From assembly GCA_937625935.1 (NCBI GenBank), contig OW569374.1, forward strand, positions 372,001 through 436,000: a DNA stretch of 64,000 nucleotides, read 5' to 3'. How positions within the stretch are numbered: position 1 is the first letter of the stretch; every line of letters starts with the position of its first letter. The translations under genes and the position numbers were made by a program. The notes below the pieces were generated by a model. That model made no database searches and was not told the origin of the DNA. It worked only from the letters and a program-made list of their open reading frames with translations. The DNA is from Tetramitus jugosus (Eukaryota > Protista > Heterolobosea). Below, in pieces: positions 61,268-64,000 of the stretch.

Positions 61268-62851
61268 ATGGAGTATGGAACCCTCAATCCACAACGAACA
61301 ACAAAAAACAACACTTTTTCTTCCAACAACAACAAAAGCAAAAGCAACAACAACAACAACTGTCAACTGTCATCATCGACGAGAATGAATCAACAAGGAC
61401 CACCCAACACGCAAGCACTCTTCACAAGAAACAATCGAAGTGCATCGTTTGATGATCCATACAGAGGCAGAAAAACAACACTCGACTACACATCAGCAGC
61501 AGACAACAACAACATTGACAATGGTGGTGAAGGTGGTCGAAGTGTGCTCTCCTTTTGTGGACCCAGTCGATTCCAGCCCCATGATCCCATCATTCAACAA
61601 TTGTTTAAGAAATTTGGCGACACAGAATTGTTGTTCTCTGCAGAGGTCAACAAGGTGAACAAGGTGATGAAATTTCAAAAGAGAATCCTGGTCATTTCAG
61701 ACAAGTACGTGTACAATATGCACCCAAAGACATATCAAGTCAAGAGAGCCATCGTTCTCGATCGAGTCTCCAAAGTTCACTTGTCAGAGTTGAGAGACGA
61801 CTTTTTGTTTATTCATGTGGACAATGAACGAGACTACTTGTACCACACGGATCGCAAAACCGAAATTATTCAAGTGCTCAAACTGGCCAAGAGAGAGAAA
61901 ATTCCGGCTCATATGCGTGTGTCGTCCTGGTACGCGGAAGGCGAGTTGGAAATCATGGTCGGTAACACTTTCCAGTACGCACCAGAGAAGCACGATGTAA
62001 AAATACCGGTCGAGTTCACGTTTGATGAAACGTTGCAGACCAAGGAACAAGTCATTGAGTCGACAAAGGACAAATTGACTATTCGTCTCATGAGAGAAGA
62101 CAATCGAATCTTTGCGATTGAGAGTATTATTATGGAACTCAAGGATTATGGTTCGTTTGGTGGCTCCCCCGTGTCTTCACCTTCCAGAGGCTCTGTTGCA
62201 CTCAGTGGAAGCAACAGCAATGGCAGCAACAGTGGATTGAAGGCCAAGTGTGACAAGTGTTTCGATGAAGATGAAGCCGTACACTTTTGTACAAACTGTA
62301 AGGAACTGTTGTGTGATTTGCACTCGAGAGCGCATCGGAAAGACAAGAGCTACAGGGATCATACCTATTTGGATGCGGAGCAGTATCAGTTGCAATTGCA
62401 ACAGAGCTTGCAACAAAACAGTGCCAATATTCCATCTTCTCCCGTGACTCCTTCTTCTCCTGCAGCAGCCGAGATCAAGTACATTGATGTGACTGATGAT
62501 CCAGGCATCATTTCGATTCAATCACCAAAGAGTGAGTATCAGTTGGTTGTGCGATTCCGTGTGCACAGAAATATGGATGATCTCAGGATTATTCAAACTA
62601 CAACAGGAACTACAAAGAAGCAACAAGTGACCCACGTAGGAAACATTCAATTGTACTCTTCTGATCTCGGAAGAGAGAGATTTAAGCGCATGGAACTGAG
62701 ATTGGACCCTGTGCAAGTCACCAACACATTCTCTGGTAACGTCAAGGTTTCTATTCAGTTCCAGAGCAAGACACACAAGAAGCCTCCACTGTTCAAGACT
62801 TACTTTAGCTACACTTGTTCCAGCAAGAAGAGATTCAGCATTTGGAAGTAA
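61268..62851 (+). CDS. TH1 (myosin-I tail PH-like) + B-box + RhoGDI-like Ig domain protein
   Basis: LLFSAEVNKVNKVMKFQKRILVISDKYVYN...VHLSELRDDFLFIHV...KTEII; CDKC...FCTNCKELLCDLH...H...H; EYQLVVRFRVHR. Confidence 0.75.
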   Translation: MEYGTLNPQRTTKNNTFSSNNNKSKSNNNNNCQLSSSTRMNQQGPPNTQALFTRNNRSASFDDPYRGRKTTLDYTSAADNNNIDNGGEGGRSVLSFCGPSRFQPHDPIIQQLFKKFGDTELLFSAEVNKVNKVMKFQKRILVISDKYVYNMHPKTYQVKRAIVLDRVSKVHLSELRDDFLFIHVDNERDYLYHTDRKTEIIQVLKLAKREKIPAHMRVSSWYAEGELEIMVGNTFQYAPEKHDVKIPVEFTFDETLQTKEQVIESTKDKLTIRLMREDNRIFAIESIIMELKDYGSFGGSPVSSPSRGSVALSGSNSNGSNSGLKAKCDKCFDEDEAVHFCTNCKELLCDLHSRAHRKDKSYRDHTYLDAEQYQLQLQQSLQQNSANIPSSPVTPSSPAAAEIKYIDVTDDPGIISIQSPKSEYQLVVRFRVHRNMDDLRIIQTTTGTTKKQQVTHVGNIQLYSSDLGRERFKRMELRLDPVQVTNTFSGNVKVSIQFQSKTHKKPPLFKTYFSYTCSSKKRFSIWK

Positions 62852-62971
62852 AATAAAAATTTCACACGTTGTTCTCCGGTCCCTTGTCCCGACTTCCCTT
62901 TTGTGCGCTCGTCAATATTGCTTCCGCAATCCAAACACAGGTGTCATCCACAAAAGCACACAGAAAAAAAA

Positions 62972-64000
62972 ATGAGTCAAGTACCACCAAATGACGAACA
63001 ACAGCAGCAGCAAGAACAACTTGAACGACAAGTTGACACAACAGAAGAACAACATGTCGAATCAACAATAATAACAACCAAATCTGTAACAACAACAACA
63101 TCATTGATGATGAGAAAACGAAGACAAACACAAAGTAATTTGGCGCCAAATATTGATTTTGCCAAATTGGAGATTCCAAACGACAGAGAAGCTCTCGTCA
63201 TTCTCGTCAAGAAATTAGTCAAAGGTACAAACTATTTCCCTTATGATCAATACCTTTTCTTTGGATTGGACATTGAAGTCATCTAACTAACTAAAATTTT
63301 AATCTAAAATAACAAAATATAGAAAATGAAAAGCTAAAGAGGAGAATCGCAGAGCTACAACATGTTGATGACGAAGAAAATGAAAATGAAAATGAAGAAG
63401 AAAATGACGATCATCATCACCATAAGCTAAAGTTCGAACAAGAGCGGTCACATGAACAAGAAGCTAAAAAAGAAGAATTAGCAAAGGCAACAAAACATGA
63501 AGAAGAAGAAGAAGAAGAGACTGTGGCAATGACATCGGACATGGTACGAGTACCCTATCACAATCCACAATTCAGAGCTTCTTATCCCTTCTTGTACCAC
63601 CATGGTCATCATGATCATAACAATAGTAACCATGAAGATGAAGAATTGGAAGAGTTATTGGACGAGGATGATTTGTCATCTGATACGACAACATCCACCA
63701 ATGTATCATCGACTGGCAATCCACAAAAGTCAGTGTACAAATCACCTGAACAATGCTTCCAATTCGTGCTTGAAAAGATGAAAAAAATGAAAATTTCACC
63801 CTCTCAAAACAATACTAACAATAATACGAATAATCGGGATAGTATGAGTCATAATAATATGGCATCTCATGTCAATATATCAAAAATGGAACAAGTGGCA
63901 AGAATGTTGAGCAATGCTCAATTACTGCAATCGACTTTTCTGAGCGTAGATATGGAAGGAACGAATCAGACGATGAATTCTGTGATGGCAATGTATGAAA
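62972..64000 (+). CDS. Hypothetical low-complexity protein, 5' part; join(62972..63224,63323..>64000)
   Basis: Intron 63225-63322 (GTACAA...CTAACTAAC...TAG); the spliced frame (KLVKE/NEKLKRRIAEL...) stays open to the window end. Confidence 0.75.

Overview
Gene-dense, intron-poor eukaryotic nuclear DNA with about 30 protein genes and five reconstructed GT-AG introns, four of them with CTAAC branch points. Gene content (mitochondrial-type Ffh, RGS-START, KCTD-type BTB and NHL-repeat proteins) suggests a heterolobosean (Discoba) protist; this is inference. Housekeeping genes include SEY1/RHD3, QCR7, VPS13, POLA2, mitochondrial F1-beta, a PAK kinase, an EamA transporter, CHCHD2/Mix17, PMP34, a peroxisomal amine oxidase, a partial sarcosine/pipecolate oxidase and a strictosidine-synthase-like protein. 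The most notable items are: (1) an intronless NLS + PD-(D/E)xK nuclease + degenerate OTU-like + kinase gene (Crinkler/CR-type effector architecture) in an accessory-looking 39.7-46.2 kb block that also holds a GTPase remnant and direct repeats; (2) a bacterial-type mitochondrial SRP protein Ffh with eroded RNA-binding motifs; (3) a Bacteroidota-like dCTP deaminase with an E2F-consensus site upstream, a motif also found before POLA2; (4) unusual domain architectures (malectin-CBM52-malectin-PA14 tandem pair, TH1-B-box-RhoGDI-like, secreted tocopherol-cyclase-like, possible BEN domain); (5) a 58-aa membrane microprotein missed by the ORF track. All assignments come from recognising motifs by eye; no database searches were run.
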